Position numbers and translations under genes: made by a program | Assembly: GCA_000165345.1 (NCBI GenBank) | Contig: CM000434.1 | Span: 448,001-512,000 of the forward strand | Reading direction: 5' to 3' | DNA length: 64,000 nt | Shown here: in pieces, positions 1-12,100 of the stretch | How positions within the stretch are numbered: position 1 is the stretch's first letter | Layout: every line of letters begins with the position of its first letter | Notes under the pieces: model-generated | What the model saw: only the letters and a program-made list of their open reading frames with translations | The model's database searches: none | Told to the model about the DNA's origin: nothing

Positions 1-242
1 TAGAGTTTTATTCTTTTTTGGTCGATTTCATATTGTATTTGCCACATTTACTATTGACTTAGTTTATCAAGGCTCAAAAAGATGAATAGGCATTCTCAGC
101 ATCTTTAGAAAAAAAATGGCGGAATAAATCTTATTTGATGGAAAGTAGGTCATTCAAGTAATAAATTTACAGAATTTAAATACCTGACAGTCTAATAAAT
201 TAGATACATTTCATATTAGTACTGGTTAAATTGGCCACATAT

Positions 243-250
243 GGCGGGAC
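243..250 (+). promoter_or_regulatory. E2F-like GGCGGGA element in the promoter of the ribonucleotide reductase gene
   Basis: GC-rich 'tggcgggacc' island in otherwise AT-rich DNA about 185 bp upstream of the RNR ATG. E2F-type GGCGGGAA motifs are reported (recalled) as enriched upstream of DNA-replication genes in Cryptosporidium. This is a sequence-motif resemblance only. Confidence 0.3.
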
Positions 251-429
251 CCCACATGGAAAGCTAATCTATTCCCCACTTAATTGTGTGGAAATGTGCT
301 CGTAACGCCCCACCGAAGTGAATGGAAAATTTGTTTTAGTATTTTTTGTCGCATGCTCGAACACTAAATAAGGTTAAAACAACTAATTCGTAATATTAAT
401 TGGGTCTTAAATTCCAATAATCATAAATA

Positions 430-2841
430 ATGTATGTGGTGAACAGAAAGGGTGAAGAGGAGCCTGTATCATTTGACCAGATTCTTAGCAGAATCACTAA
501 ATTATCATATGGACTTCATCCACTTGTTGACCCAGCGAGGGTTACTCAAGCAGTGATAAATGGTCTATATAGTGGAATCAAAACATCTGAATTGGACGAA
601 CTTGCTTCGCAAACTTGTGCATATATGGCAGCTACCCACAATGATTTCTCTAAACTCGCTGCTCGGATATCGACTTCTAATCTACACAAAAATACTTCTT
701 CTGATATTGGTGATGTTGCATCGCAACTATATAATTTTAAAGACAATCAAGGTTGCCCTGCTCCTTTAATTTCAAAACCTGTTTATGATTTTATCATGGA
801 AAATAGAGAAAGAATTAATTCAAAAATTGATTTTTCAAAGGATTTTGAATACGATTATTTTGCCTTCAAAACTCTAGAAAGATCCTATCTTCTTAAAATT
901 GACAACAAAGTTGTGGAAAGACCACAACATCTTCTGATGCGGGTCTCTTGTGGTATTCATTGTGGTGATATTGAAGCTGCACTTGAAACATATGAGTTGT
1001 TATCGCAAAAATATTTTACTCATGCAACACCCACACTCTTTAATTCAGGCACTCCACGACCTCAAATGTCATCTTGTTTTTTACTCAGGATTCCAGAAGA
1101 TTCAATAAACGGTATCTTTGACACACTAACTAAATGCGCAAACATTAGTAAGACTGCGGGTGGTCTTGGGGTGGCAGTGAGTAATATTAGAGGAACTGGT
1201 TCATATATTCGAGGAACAAATGGGAGATCTAATGGATTAATTCCGATGCTGCGCGTTTATAATGACACTGCTAGGTATATTGATCAAGGTGGAGGGAAGC
1301 GTAAAGGTGCCATTGCAATTTATTTGGAGCCGTGGCACGTTGATGTTGTAGAGTTTATTGAAATCAGGAAGAATCACGGAAAGGAAGAGATGAGATGTCG
1401 CGATCTCTTTCCTGCCCTTTGGGTTCCTGATCTGTTCATGGAAAGAGTTGAGAAGGATCAAGATTGGACTCTAATGTGCCCAGATGAATGCAGGGGATTG
1501 CAAGATGTTTGGGGCGATGATTTTAAGAAGCTATATGAAGAGTATGAGAAACAAGGCCGTGGAAGGAAAACGATGAAAGCGCAGAAACTTTGGTTCTTAA
1601 TCTTACAGGCTCAAATTGAGACGGGGACACCATTTATTTGTTATAAAGATGCTGCAAATAGCAAAAGTAACCAGAAAAATTTGGGAACTATTGTTTCAAG
1701 TAACTTATGCACAGAAATCATAGAATACACTAGCACGGACGAAGTTGCCGTCTGTAATCTGGCGTCTATTGGCCTTCCAAAATTCGTTGATAAAAATAAC
1801 AAGACGTTTGATTTTGATAAGTTAAAAGAAGTTACGAAGGTGATTACGAGGAATTTGAATAAATTGATTGACGTTGGATATTATTCTCTCAAAGAGTGTA
1901 AAAAATCGAATTTAAGACATCGTCCATTGGGGATTGGCATTCAAGGGCTCGCAGACTGTTTTATGATGCTTCGTATGCCGTACGAGTCTGAGGGAGCTAA
2001 GAAGTTAAATAAACAAATTTTTGAAGTTATCTATTATGCAGCTCTCGACGCTAGCTGTGAGCTTGCAGAAAAATACGGGCCATACGAAACATATTCCGGT
2101 TCGCCTGCGAGTAAGGGTATTTTACAATTTGATATGTGGGGAGTTACACCAGACTCTGGACTTTGTGATTGGGATTTGCTTAAAGATAGGATTTCCAAAC
2201 ATGGTATTCGTAATTCTCTATTAATATCTCCAATGCCAACAGCATCCACTTCGCAAATTTTAGGTAACAATGAGAGTTTTGAGCCATTTACCTCGAACAT
2301 TTATCATCGTAGAGTACTATCTGGTGAGTTCTTTGTAGTAAATCCGCATTTGCTAAATGATTTACTAGAGCTTGGGTTATGGGATGATAGGCTTAAGCAG
2401 AATATTATTGCAAATAATGGCAGTATTCAAAATATACTTACAATTCCGGAAGATATACGCGAGCTTTATAAGACTGTATGGGAAATTAAGCAAAAGACAG
2501 TAATTGATATGGCTGCAGATAGGGGTCCATATGTTTGTCAATCGCAATCTTTGAACATTCATATGGAAAATGCTAACTTTGCAAAGTTATCATCTATGCA
2601 TTTTTATGGTTGGAAAAAAGGTCTAAAAACAGGCATTTATTATTTAAGGACCCAAAGCGCGACACGCCCCATACAATTTACAGTAGATCAACAACTCCTG
2701 AAATCGGAAACTAAAGAAAAGGATTCACTGGAGACTAACAAACGACAAGCACTCGAACCAGAGGCACAAAAGCTCATCGCTTGCCCATTAAGACCGACAA
2801 ATATGAAGGATGATGAAGAATGTATGATGTGTTCTGGTTAA
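430..2841 (+). CDS. Ribonucleotide reductase large (R1/alpha) subunit, class Ia
   Basis: 803-aa ORF with an N-terminal ATP-cone ('[20 protein letters not shown]'), catalytic-site motifs ('SNLCTEI', 'CNLASI', '[10 protein letters not shown]') and the C-terminal redox tail 'CMMCSG'. No introns needed. Confidence 0.95.
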   Translation: MYVVNRKGEEEPVSFDQILSRITKLSYGLHPLVDPARVTQAVINGLYSGIKTSELDELASQTCAYMAATHNDFSKLAARISTSNLHKNTSSDIGDVASQLYNFKDNQGCPAPLISKPVYDFIMENRERINSKIDFSKDFEYDYFAFKTLERSYLLKIDNKVVERPQHLLMRVSCGIHCGDIEAALETYELLSQKYFTHATPTLFNSGTPRPQMSSCFLLRIPEDSINGIFDTLTKCANISKTAGGLGVAVSNIRGTGSYIRGTNGRSNGLIPMLRVYNDTARYIDQGGGKRKGAIAIYLEPWHVDVVEFIEIRKNHGKEEMRCRDLFPALWVPDLFMERVEKDQDWTLMCPDECRGLQDVWGDDFKKLYEEYEKQGRGRKTMKAQKLWFLILQAQIETGTPFICYKDAANSKSNQKNLGTIVSSNLCTEIIEYTSTDEVAVCNLASIGLPKFVDKNNKTFDFDKLKEVTKVITRNLNKLIDVGYYSLKECKKSNLRHRPLGIGIQGLADCFMMLRMPYESEGAKKLNKQIFEVIYYAALDASCELAEKYGPYETYSGSPASKGILQFDMWGVTPDSGLCDWDLLKDRISKHGIRNSLLISPMPTASTSQILGNNESFEPFTSNIYHRRVLSGEFFVVNPHLLNDLLELGLWDDRLKQNIIANNGSIQNILTIPEDIRELYKTVWEIKQKTVIDMAADRGPYVCQSQSLNIHMENANFAKLSSMHFYGWKKGLKTGIYYLRTQSATRPIQFTVDQQLLKSETKEKDSLETNKRQALEPEAQKLIACPLRPTNMKDDEECMMCSG

Positions 2842-3004
2842 ATAATAGGCTTCAGAGTTCATGGTTTTTAATCAAGTCTTTTAAAATATTTTTTATGCTT
2901 GGTTTTAAGTGTTAATTAGGTGATTCGGTAATTTATTCTTCCACACAGTACACACGCTTAGACCGCCAACTCAAATTGACATTTAAAATTTCTTATCCAC
3001 TGAA

Positions 3005-5434
3005 ATGAAATCTAGAATTATTCCCTCAAAGATTATCAAACTCGGCAAAAACCGAGTTTTTTGTAGGACTTTTCTAATTACTATTCTAATTTTTCTGATT
3101 TTTTTCTTTAAGCGAAGATTGGTGATCGATTTATTGTTGATTGTCGAACTTATATTAATTGACATTTTATTTTCAAAATTCCTAAAGAAAAAAAAGGCGA
3201 TTTACAGTTCTATAAGTTCTACAAATTTAAACTTGGAGAAAAGAAATTCTATTGAGCTTAAAAAATTATCTACTGATAGCTGTAATAACTCCCTTAAGCA
3301 ACAAAAAACTATTAAAAGCCTGAGCGATGACAGAAAATCACGAAAAATTGGGAGAAAAAAAAATAAGGGATATGGCTGGACTCTCACAATTATAGCCTCA
3401 TTAATATTGATATTTACGTCGTTTTATGAAAGCTTTATTGCTAACATTATTTATAAAGAATATTCTAATGAAAAGGAAATAACAAGCCTAATAGATCAAT
3501 ATTCGGAAGAAAGGAAGTATTATAGCAATGTTTTTAAATATAACCCTCCAATTAATTTACCTACTCTAGAATTTTCCAATTGGTTACTCACTAATTGGGT
3601 TTTTAGAACTATTTCAAATTTACCAATTTTATTTTCCGACTATTCAAATATTAAAAAAAAAGGAATTGAATATATCGAAACTGAATTTGATACGTTCATT
3701 AATTTGAAAAAAGGCTCAATATCGAATATAACTAATAATGAACTTGAAAATAGTAAGTTTGATGGGCAAGAAACAAATATTGATTTTGTTTCTGATTCAA
3801 GTGAATTCAATGAAAACGATAGAATAAGTATTGTAATTCCAGCTCATAACGAAGATGAATTTATTAGCAAAACAATAATCTTTACTATTGAGTCAACTCC
3901 AACTGAATTACTAAGAGAGATCATAATTGTTGATGATTTTAGTGAAAAACCAGTGTTTGAAATACTTGAAGAAGAACTTCCAGAAAATTATAAAAAATAT
4001 GTGAAAATAATTAGGTTAAAGAAATGTGAAGGTTTAATAAGATCAAAAATTATTGGTGCAGATGCTGCTTTAGGCCCTAACATATTTTTTTTAGATGGGC
4101 ATTGTAAACCAAAAAAGGGTTGGTCAGAAGCGCTAGTTAAATCAATTAGAGAAAATTACAAGAGAGTTGTATGCCCAATCGTCCAAAGTATTTCAAATAT
4201 TGATTGGAGTGATATAGGAACTGCTGGTGCGAAAATGATGATAGAATGGAACTTTGCATTCCATTGGTATGATGATGGATTACCAGAAATTCCAATAGCA
4301 TCTGGAGGAATATTAATGATTACAAAAAGATGGTGGGAAGAAAGTGGTAAATATGATCCAGGAATGCTTTATTGGGGTGGGGAAAATATTGAGCAAAGTT
4401 TTAGAGTATGGCTTTGCGGCGGAGAAATACATGTGGTAAGAAATTCTTTAGTTGGGCATATTTTTGAAAGAAATAATTCAAATAGAAGAAATCAAGATTT
4501 CCAATATAAAAAAATGTTAATTGATAATATGAATAGCAATCATCAAAGAACAGCATTTGTGTGGTTAAGCGAACAGTTTTATGAAACTTATTTCAAAAAT
4601 TATCATGTATTAGGTTATTTACCTATTAGTTATACTAAGGGCCTAAGCGAAAGACTTTCATTAAAACATATATTAAAGTGCAAACCTTTTGAATGGTATA
4701 TAGGAAAATTTAGACCGGCCTTTGAAAGGCAAGGCGAACTTTATTATAATTTCCACCACATTCAGCATGTAAAAAGCAAATTATGTCTCTCTATAGCAAA
4801 TAAACAGAATGATCGGATTGGAGTTGGAAAAGCTGAGATTGAAATTCCAATGACAGTGGTGCCAAACGATGTATCGAGATATAGCATTAAAACGACAACA
4901 GATTATGATATTTTAGCTTTAAAAACATGTAACTATCTTGATGAATCCCAAAAGTGGAGCTTTATCCTTGGAAATCGGATGTTATATAACTTCAAATCAA
5001 AGAAGTGCTTAGATAAAGCAAGTTCAGTTAATTTATTCAAAAAAATGAAGACAAAGGATTTTATATATTCTCCAAATAACAGCTCAGAATCTAATACTGA
5101 ACTAGAATTGCCTTTACTGTATGAGTGCGACTGGAATCTTGTAATGAGAGCAAGAAATTACAATCAATTTTGGGCATGGAAAGATATTGGCGATAAAAGT
5201 GGAAAAATCGTCAATTGGAGCGGCGATGAGCATAGATCAAATGTAACAGGGGGCGCAGAAGAATTCATAGTCCCAATAAACAAAGGAGTAGATAGCGAAA
5301 GTTACTGTTTGTATTCAAATACTGCTTTAGGTAGTTATGAAGAAACGAAAATGTTTTACAGTAATTGTAAAACAGAAAACAACTCTGAAGAAATTTCATT
5401 TAAGAAAATTTGGAGGCAAAATCTTTTTGTTTGA
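3005..5434 (+). CDS. Polypeptide N-acetylgalactosaminyltransferase (ppGalNAc-T, GT27) with C-terminal ricin-type lectin domain
   Basis: N-terminal signal-anchor ('FLITILIFLIFFF'), then a long low-complexity stem. GT-A motifs 'ISIVIPAHNE', 'IIVDDFS', the DxH motif 'FLDGHCKP' and the Gal/GalNAc-T motif 'WGGENIEQSFRVWLCGGEIHVV' are present. The C-terminal region has QxW-like repeats ('SQKWSF', 'NQFWAW'). The true start could be a downstream Met. Confidence 0.85.
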   Translation: MKSRIIPSKIIKLGKNRVFCRTFLITILIFLIFFFKRRLVIDLLLIVELILIDILFSKFLKKKKAIYSSISSTNLNLEKRNSIELKKLSTDSCNNSLKQQKTIKSLSDDRKSRKIGRKKNKGYGWTLTIIASLILIFTSFYESFIANIIYKEYSNEKEITSLIDQYSEERKYYSNVFKYNPPINLPTLEFSNWLLTNWVFRTISNLPILFSDYSNIKKKGIEYIETEFDTFINLKKGSISNITNNELENSKFDGQETNIDFVSDSSEFNENDRISIVIPAHNEDEFISKTIIFTIESTPTELLREIIIVDDFSEKPVFEILEEELPENYKKYVKIIRLKKCEGLIRSKIIGADAALGPNIFFLDGHCKPKKGWSEALVKSIRENYKRVVCPIVQSISNIDWSDIGTAGAKMMIEWNFAFHWYDDGLPEIPIASGGILMITKRWWEESGKYDPGMLYWGGENIEQSFRVWLCGGEIHVVRNSLVGHIFERNNSNRRNQDFQYKKMLIDNMNSNHQRTAFVWLSEQFYETYFKNYHVLGYLPISYTKGLSERLSLKHILKCKPFEWYIGKFRPAFERQGELYYNFHHIQHVKSKLCLSIANKQNDRIGVGKAEIEIPMTVVPNDVSRYSIKTTTDYDILALKTCNYLDESQKWSFILGNRMLYNFKSKKCLDKASSVNLFKKMKTKDFIYSPNNSSESNTELELPLLYECDWNLVMRARNYNQFWAWKDIGDKSGKIVNWSGDEHRSNVTGGAEEFIVPINKGVDSESYCLYSNTALGSYEETKMFYSNCKTENNSEEISFKKIWRQNLFV

Positions 5435-6166
5435 AAAATGGAGCTGCATTTTATTTTGAAAAAGTTCAGAAAAATACTCAACTATGTGTTTATACAAAGT
5501 ATTACGTATTAAAGATAGTGATTAAATAAAGTGAATCCCGTAATAATACATATTACTTTATTGCAGCCTGTGATATAAAATGCGAAGTTCTATTATATTT
5601 TCAACACTGCTTTCAAGCTGCTATCCCACACATAAGGAATGCCAATAAAAATTATGGAAACTTTGTTTTCTTTACTTAAATATCAAAACATTCGAAATCC
5701 CGTGATTTAAAGTTGCAGATTTATTTGATTGAATTAAATCAAAACATGCGCACACAAAATTAAATTGTCATTTTGGGTATAATTTTTTTTTTGTAAGAAA
5801 TTTATCAATACAGAGTTGTAACAATTCTAACATGTTTTTGAGTATATTCGGTTTGCAAGTAAATAGTTTGAATTATTTTTACAAGTATTTAGCTATCATT
5901 GTTATCTTGTTCACAAAATATTGTAGCTTATAATATTAAGAAACTCTCTAATCGAGCAACTAATTAAAAAAGGAAAAATAACATACAATAAGAAATATAA
6001 TTAATTTCGGCGATTTTAATGTTTGTACTGCCTATATTTAGAGCTTTTTGTAAAGCTCATTGGAATTAAAATGAGCCAATTTGTTCTTATACAAATTCAA
6101 TTTCTAATTAATATATTTTACAATTGCATTAGGAGTTAGAAACAAAAATCAGTTTTTGAATCGTAG

Positions 6167-9100
6167 TTAATCGAATAATGAAGTATCATATCTCTTTCTC
6201 TTTTTTACTTCTGGCATTATCTCTTCAAATAAAAAACCTTCAATTACTTCGCTATTTTCTGAATATAAATTGACAAAATTTACCCCATTTGATGAAATTC
6301 CCAAAAATTGTATAAGTAACTTGACAACTTCAAGAAAATAATTTCTTGAATAAATAACTTTTTTATCTAAAGAAAAAGTAAAACATTTGTTGAAAATATT
6401 AATAAAATTGAACTCCAAGGATACTTTTATTTCACCTATCTTATGAACAACTGAGAAGGGGATATTAGTTTGTAGAAAACTCCCTAATTGCCTTTCTAAT
6501 TGCTTTATAACGCTTAAAGGAATGCATTGCGCAAACTCACTTTTAAGTTGTGATTTTTTATGTTCTGAGCTGACTATTTCGTATTTATAGAATATAATAA
6601 CTAAACCGAACAAACTTGAGAATAGTTTGCCATCCACTGGAAGACCTATTTCATCAACAAAATTAAATATGTCAAGAATATTATTCAAAATCTTTAATAT
6701 AATATTTAATGATATATTAAAGTGCCCAGACTCAGAAATGTCATTCCAGTTGATAATGCCAATATCGATTAAATTGGTATTAATTCCTTTCTTATTATTG
6801 TTTTTAATTTGATCATTTATTAGATACTCAAACTTTTCAACTGCTGGTAGTTGCCTAATTGATTTAAACTCATTTATCAATAAGTCAATTAAGTGATCTA
6901 ATATTTGATTTAAATTCACTAAATAATAATATGAGATATCACTTAAATTAGCAAAATTATCACATTTTGTATCTAATAATGAATTATAAATTGGGAAAAA
7001 AATAGGAGAGCTATAGCGGTCATCCAATGTTAGATCTTTGTTGAAACATGCGAAAATCTCTGTTTCAGAATTTATGCAGTTATACAATATATTGTTCATA
7101 TCGAAAGTAATCTCATTCTTGATCACCAAAATTAACATTGAAGGAACTAACATAAACTTATATTTATAACATAAATACTTTCTGTTTCTTCTTAGATACA
7201 AACCATTATAATGATCATTAATCAATTTATTAGTTTCAAGCCCCCAAAAGTTCATGACTTTCTTATTCAATAAAAGGAACTTTTGATAATATAAAAGCAG
7301 ATTTGTTGAATTTTCTCCTAAAAGAATATAGTTAATCATTGAGAAATAGGAAAATGATTGGTTTATAATAGGCGTAAATATACTTTGTGTTAACTTATTT
7401 TTTTTTAAAGTTGTTTGGCTAGAATTTAACTCATCAAAAATTAATTCATTTATCATTTCTGTAATGCTATAATTATTAATCGAATGAGAGTTGATTTTAA
7501 TTAAATCCTTAAACTCTGCAATTTCATTGTCATTGATTGGAAATGATTTATTTGTGATAAAAAGGACAATAAATTGCTTAATTGATTGAAGATTAATGAA
7601 TGATTTATAAAAATAAAATAGTATACCGGCAAGATTTGTACTTAAATTTGAATATGAAATATTAATATTTTTTAAAATATCATTTATTTGGCTCTTCATA
7701 AATCCAATCTTGTTGTATAATGGGTTCTTCTCGGGAAATTTATTCAAATAAATATTGAAAAATAATATATAAATAGTTATTAATCTTGAATTAAAAAACT
7801 TAGTTATCTCAATACCAGAATGTTTTTCATAGTTCTTGAAAAATGTATCTATTTCATCTGTATTTCCACTTAAAATCAAATAACAAATAATTAATGATTC
7901 GATTGAAAGGTAATATGAATTTTTTAATTCAGTTATTGCAGCTTCAACATGATTATGGTTGTCTACAGGGCTGTATATAAATGAAGAAATCATTATTTTT
8001 GCAAGCTTGAATCTTGCTTTTGATTCTAATAATGATGGAAGCCAAACACAATTTTGGATTTGAGAGAAAGAATTTGTATAAATACAGTACCACTTTTTTT
8101 CTTCATTGGAAATTTTTGGTATAAATTCTGTAAACAAAGTTTTTCTTAATTTTGATATTACTTGAATTAAATTGATAAGTAAATCTTTTTCGAAACTTCT
8201 TGGAAATATTTCATTATTGAAGTTATGTTTAGATAGAACTTTAACTTTATTCAAGTATATTAACAAATATTTAGCGTTAGTTTTTCCATAAACGCTTTTA
8301 ATATTAATAAGCCTAATTATTAGTTGATCAAATGAAGCTGAAAGTATATTATTTACAATCTGAGAATAGGGTATTTGTATATTTCTTTCAGGCTTAAGGA
8401 AAAATTTGATTTCGCACTGAAGTAAGTAAATTAATTGGGCAACCATTCTTTTTATGAATACAGGAAAATTTCTTTCTAGTCTTTGAAAAGTATCATAATC
8501 ATCTAGTTCACAGATAATTTGTTTCAATACATTATTGCAGCATGTAACTATATTTAAATCATAATTATCCATTAAAAAAAGATTCATATTTAGTAATTTC
8601 AAATATTTGAACAATGTGCTAAGGCTAAGTTGTATATTATTATTTCCTGTTACTCCAAATCTACCTGGACTCCATAAGCTCGATGATCTATCCATATATG
8701 AGACAGGTATGCAGGAAATGAAACAATCTTTTATAAATCTGAAAGGAATAAATTTTTGAATATTATTTTTCCAATTAATTTTAAGAAAAATATTATCTCC
8801 ATTAGGAAAAGAAATCAAGTTTTCTACCTTGCTTCTAATTTGAACTAAAGTTTCATCCAAAAATTCATTGCTTAAATATTTAATATCCAAATTCGATTTC
8901 ATAAACCTATCCAAAAGAATTGTATAGTAATATTTAGAGTATAAAAGTGGCTCTAATGAAGCAATAACTAAATTATTTTCTTTTATGTAGATTGAAATTT
9001 CGTCAAACAATAGATCTTCAAAACCATGTTTTTCCACCTCAAATTCATCCATTTCAAAGTTTGAAAATGAAGGGGAAAGAACCATAATATTGTCATAGTA

Positions 9101-12100
9101 ATTTAATATTTGATCAGAAACTTGCGAATTATAGAGGATTGAAGAAAAATCATCTTGAAGAAGAGTTTTCCCAGTAGTATCAAAATAAAATTTTTCACTA
9201 TTCATTATCTCACTTAAGGTTTCCATAAATAATGGATATATTAATGGAGATGAAATAATATTCCAGATATTGCCGGCATCTGCTTCTTTTAAGTTATTTA
9301 AATTGAAAAATAGTCTTTCAACTAGTCCTATGATTGATGTATAAAACTTTACTTTACTATCTGAGTATTGTCTTTCCGTTAAAGAAGTACAGTTAATTAA
9401 TGTTTGAAAGATATTGCAAGAGAGAATAATTAATGGTGAATATGGAGAAATATATTCTAAAATTCCAGATGAACGAAATTCATTATTTTTTATTAAATTA
9501 ATTATCCAATTAATGAATAAATTCTTGAAATTTGTTTCATTTGAAACTAATATTTTTAGATCAAATAAATAATCATATATTTGAGATTGATTATAAATTG
9601 CCATCTTATTAAACGGCATCGAGGGTAATGGGCAAACTGGAAGTCCATAAAGAAGCTGAAATTGTATTCCTAGCAATTCTAAATATTCAGTTTCTTGTTC
9701 AGGAAATAAACAGTATTTTTCTAACTCAATCTTTTCATATAATTTTTTCATATTCAAATTGCAAAATAGTGCTGAATAATTTTTGACTACTTTTCTACAA
9801 TTATGGTATAATAAATTCCAATTTTTTAAGTGACTATTTGTTTTATATACTTGAACAAAAGTATAAATTTCCTTGAACCAATTTTCAATAACTGAAAGAT
9901 TAGAAAATAAGCCGTACTTTATTGTTATAGTTAATAGTAGCACTTTTGTGCTCAAGGTTGAATTAAAAAATTTATCAAATTGTTCATTTATCATTACCTC
10001 ATTAATGTCATAAATGCCTTCAAAATCAAAAGTCTGTTCCTCAATAATTGGAAATAAAATGCAATAATTGTTCAAAATATGTCTTTTAAATGTATCCTCT
10101 TCGGATTGTTTAGTATAAACTTTTGTTTCTTTTTGCTCTTTATTTTCATCCTTAACAAATTCAAATGAAAACTCCAAATATGTAAGATATCTTATTAGGT
10201 TAATTATTGAATTTGAAGATATTTCTTCTATAGTGCTTGAATATTTGAAAAAATCGAATAAAGCTATTAGAAGATTAATTAAGTTTTTCATGACTAATAT
10301 ATTCAATTTATTTGCTGATAAATTATTCATAAAAACCTTATGAATACATGAGATATTTATTAATATAGTTTCCATCGTTAGCTTATGCAATGGTTTTTTA
10401 GATAATTTACTTATATTTATCAAATTTAATTCATAAATCTCTGTAATTTTTATTATTAATTTTGTAATATTCGAAATTATAGAATTTACTATAATGTTGT
10501 TAAAATATAAATATTGTATATCTTTATTAATAATAAGTACCAAATTTTTTAACAATGAAATTAAAAATTCGCAAAAGTTTTCAGATAGATCAAATCGTTC
10601 AAATTTTTTAATCCATTGATTAATATCTAATATTATGCTATTTGTATGCTGAAGAAATTTATGATCAATTATTTCATTTCTCAAATTGCAATTTATTTTT
10701 TTCATCTGCATGTATTCAAGATAATTATTGTCTAAAAATACTGAATAATTTGCAATAATATCATAAGTGGGAAATTCATGGCTGCATTTTGAATTATAAA
10801 TGCTAATCCAGTTTGAAAATTTTTCTTTAATTGTCCTGATACTATTATCTGAAAGAAGCTTTAGAGCAAACCCAGTTGAAATAATTCCACCTTGATTATT
10901 TTGATCTAAATCTGAAAATAGCTTTAATATCAAATTAATATTTCCAGCGTATCCGCTTATTTTCATTAGATCCTCTTTTAAAAAAAATACAAGTTCATCT
11001 TCCAAGTAAATTTTTACTATAGGTATTTCAATCACTTTAAATATTATTAATAATTTTTTTGTTGAGAGATCGATTTCAGAAATTAAATAATTATTTAATT
11101 TTTCTTTTATTATAGTGAAAGTGTCCAGTAAATACAAAAAATTTGATTTTAACTCATTATAAAAAGATATTTGTATGTTACTTTTAGTATTTGAAATAAT
11201 ATTATTGGTGACGAAAATAAAAATAATTAAAGTTTTCATAATACTGTAAAATAGCAATAAAATTTCTTTCTGAATTTGTTTGTTAACTTGAAAAAGTAAA
11301 TAATAAAGTTTGCTTGTAAGTTTTGAGCAAAGGTAGTTTTTATCAAAAATCCTTGATTTGTGATTTGAACATTGAAATCTAATCGTTGGTTTATCATTAT
11401 ATCTATGAAATTTTGTAAAATCAACTATATTTGTTATTATTCCCATTGTATATTTGAATAACTTTTCTGTAATACTAAATAACAAACTGCTAATTGTTTC
11501 AGAAGTAATTATTATATCTTCATTCTTTGTTGAGAATATAAACTTCTGTATTTTGTTTAATAAATTATTAGAATTTAATAAAAATTCATCGACTGATGTT
11601 AGAAGGTTACCTGAAAGAAATGAAAACCTATTATCAACTTCAAAAATATGTTGCTCATCAAAATTCATAAGAAATTTGTGCCTTAAATTATCAAATAATT
11701 GTTTTATATCTTGAAAACTAACATATTTTGTCTCTAGCATAGCTGAATATTGCTCTGTTATAAAGTTTGTTTCATGAACAATCATTTCATCAAATTGTTC
11801 TATAGAAGGAAAATTGTTATTTAAATTTAAACTAAAAATATTATCGCACTTCATCTCTTCTTTTTTTAAAACACTTAAAATAAGATTGTAGCAATAATAC
11901 GGGATTGTTTGGATCCAAATCTTATATTGCTTATCATTATATTTAGGAAATGTTACAGTATTACTTGAAATATCAATAATTATCTTTTTTAATGGATTGT
12001 CTAATTCCAATAATAAATCACGTTCAATAACTTCTTTATTCAAATTAACATTTGGTAAATCATTATTAACGTTTTTGCTTCTTGTTCTTCTATCAGAATT

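Noticed and set aside
546-2562. Small ORFs nested in or antisense to the RNR gene (546..746-, 560..769+, 1237..1461-, 2021..2224+, 2034..2300-, 2377..2562-)
   Set aside because: 60-90-aa ORFs lying entirely inside a well-supported, conserved CDS; expected by chance in AT-rich sequence.
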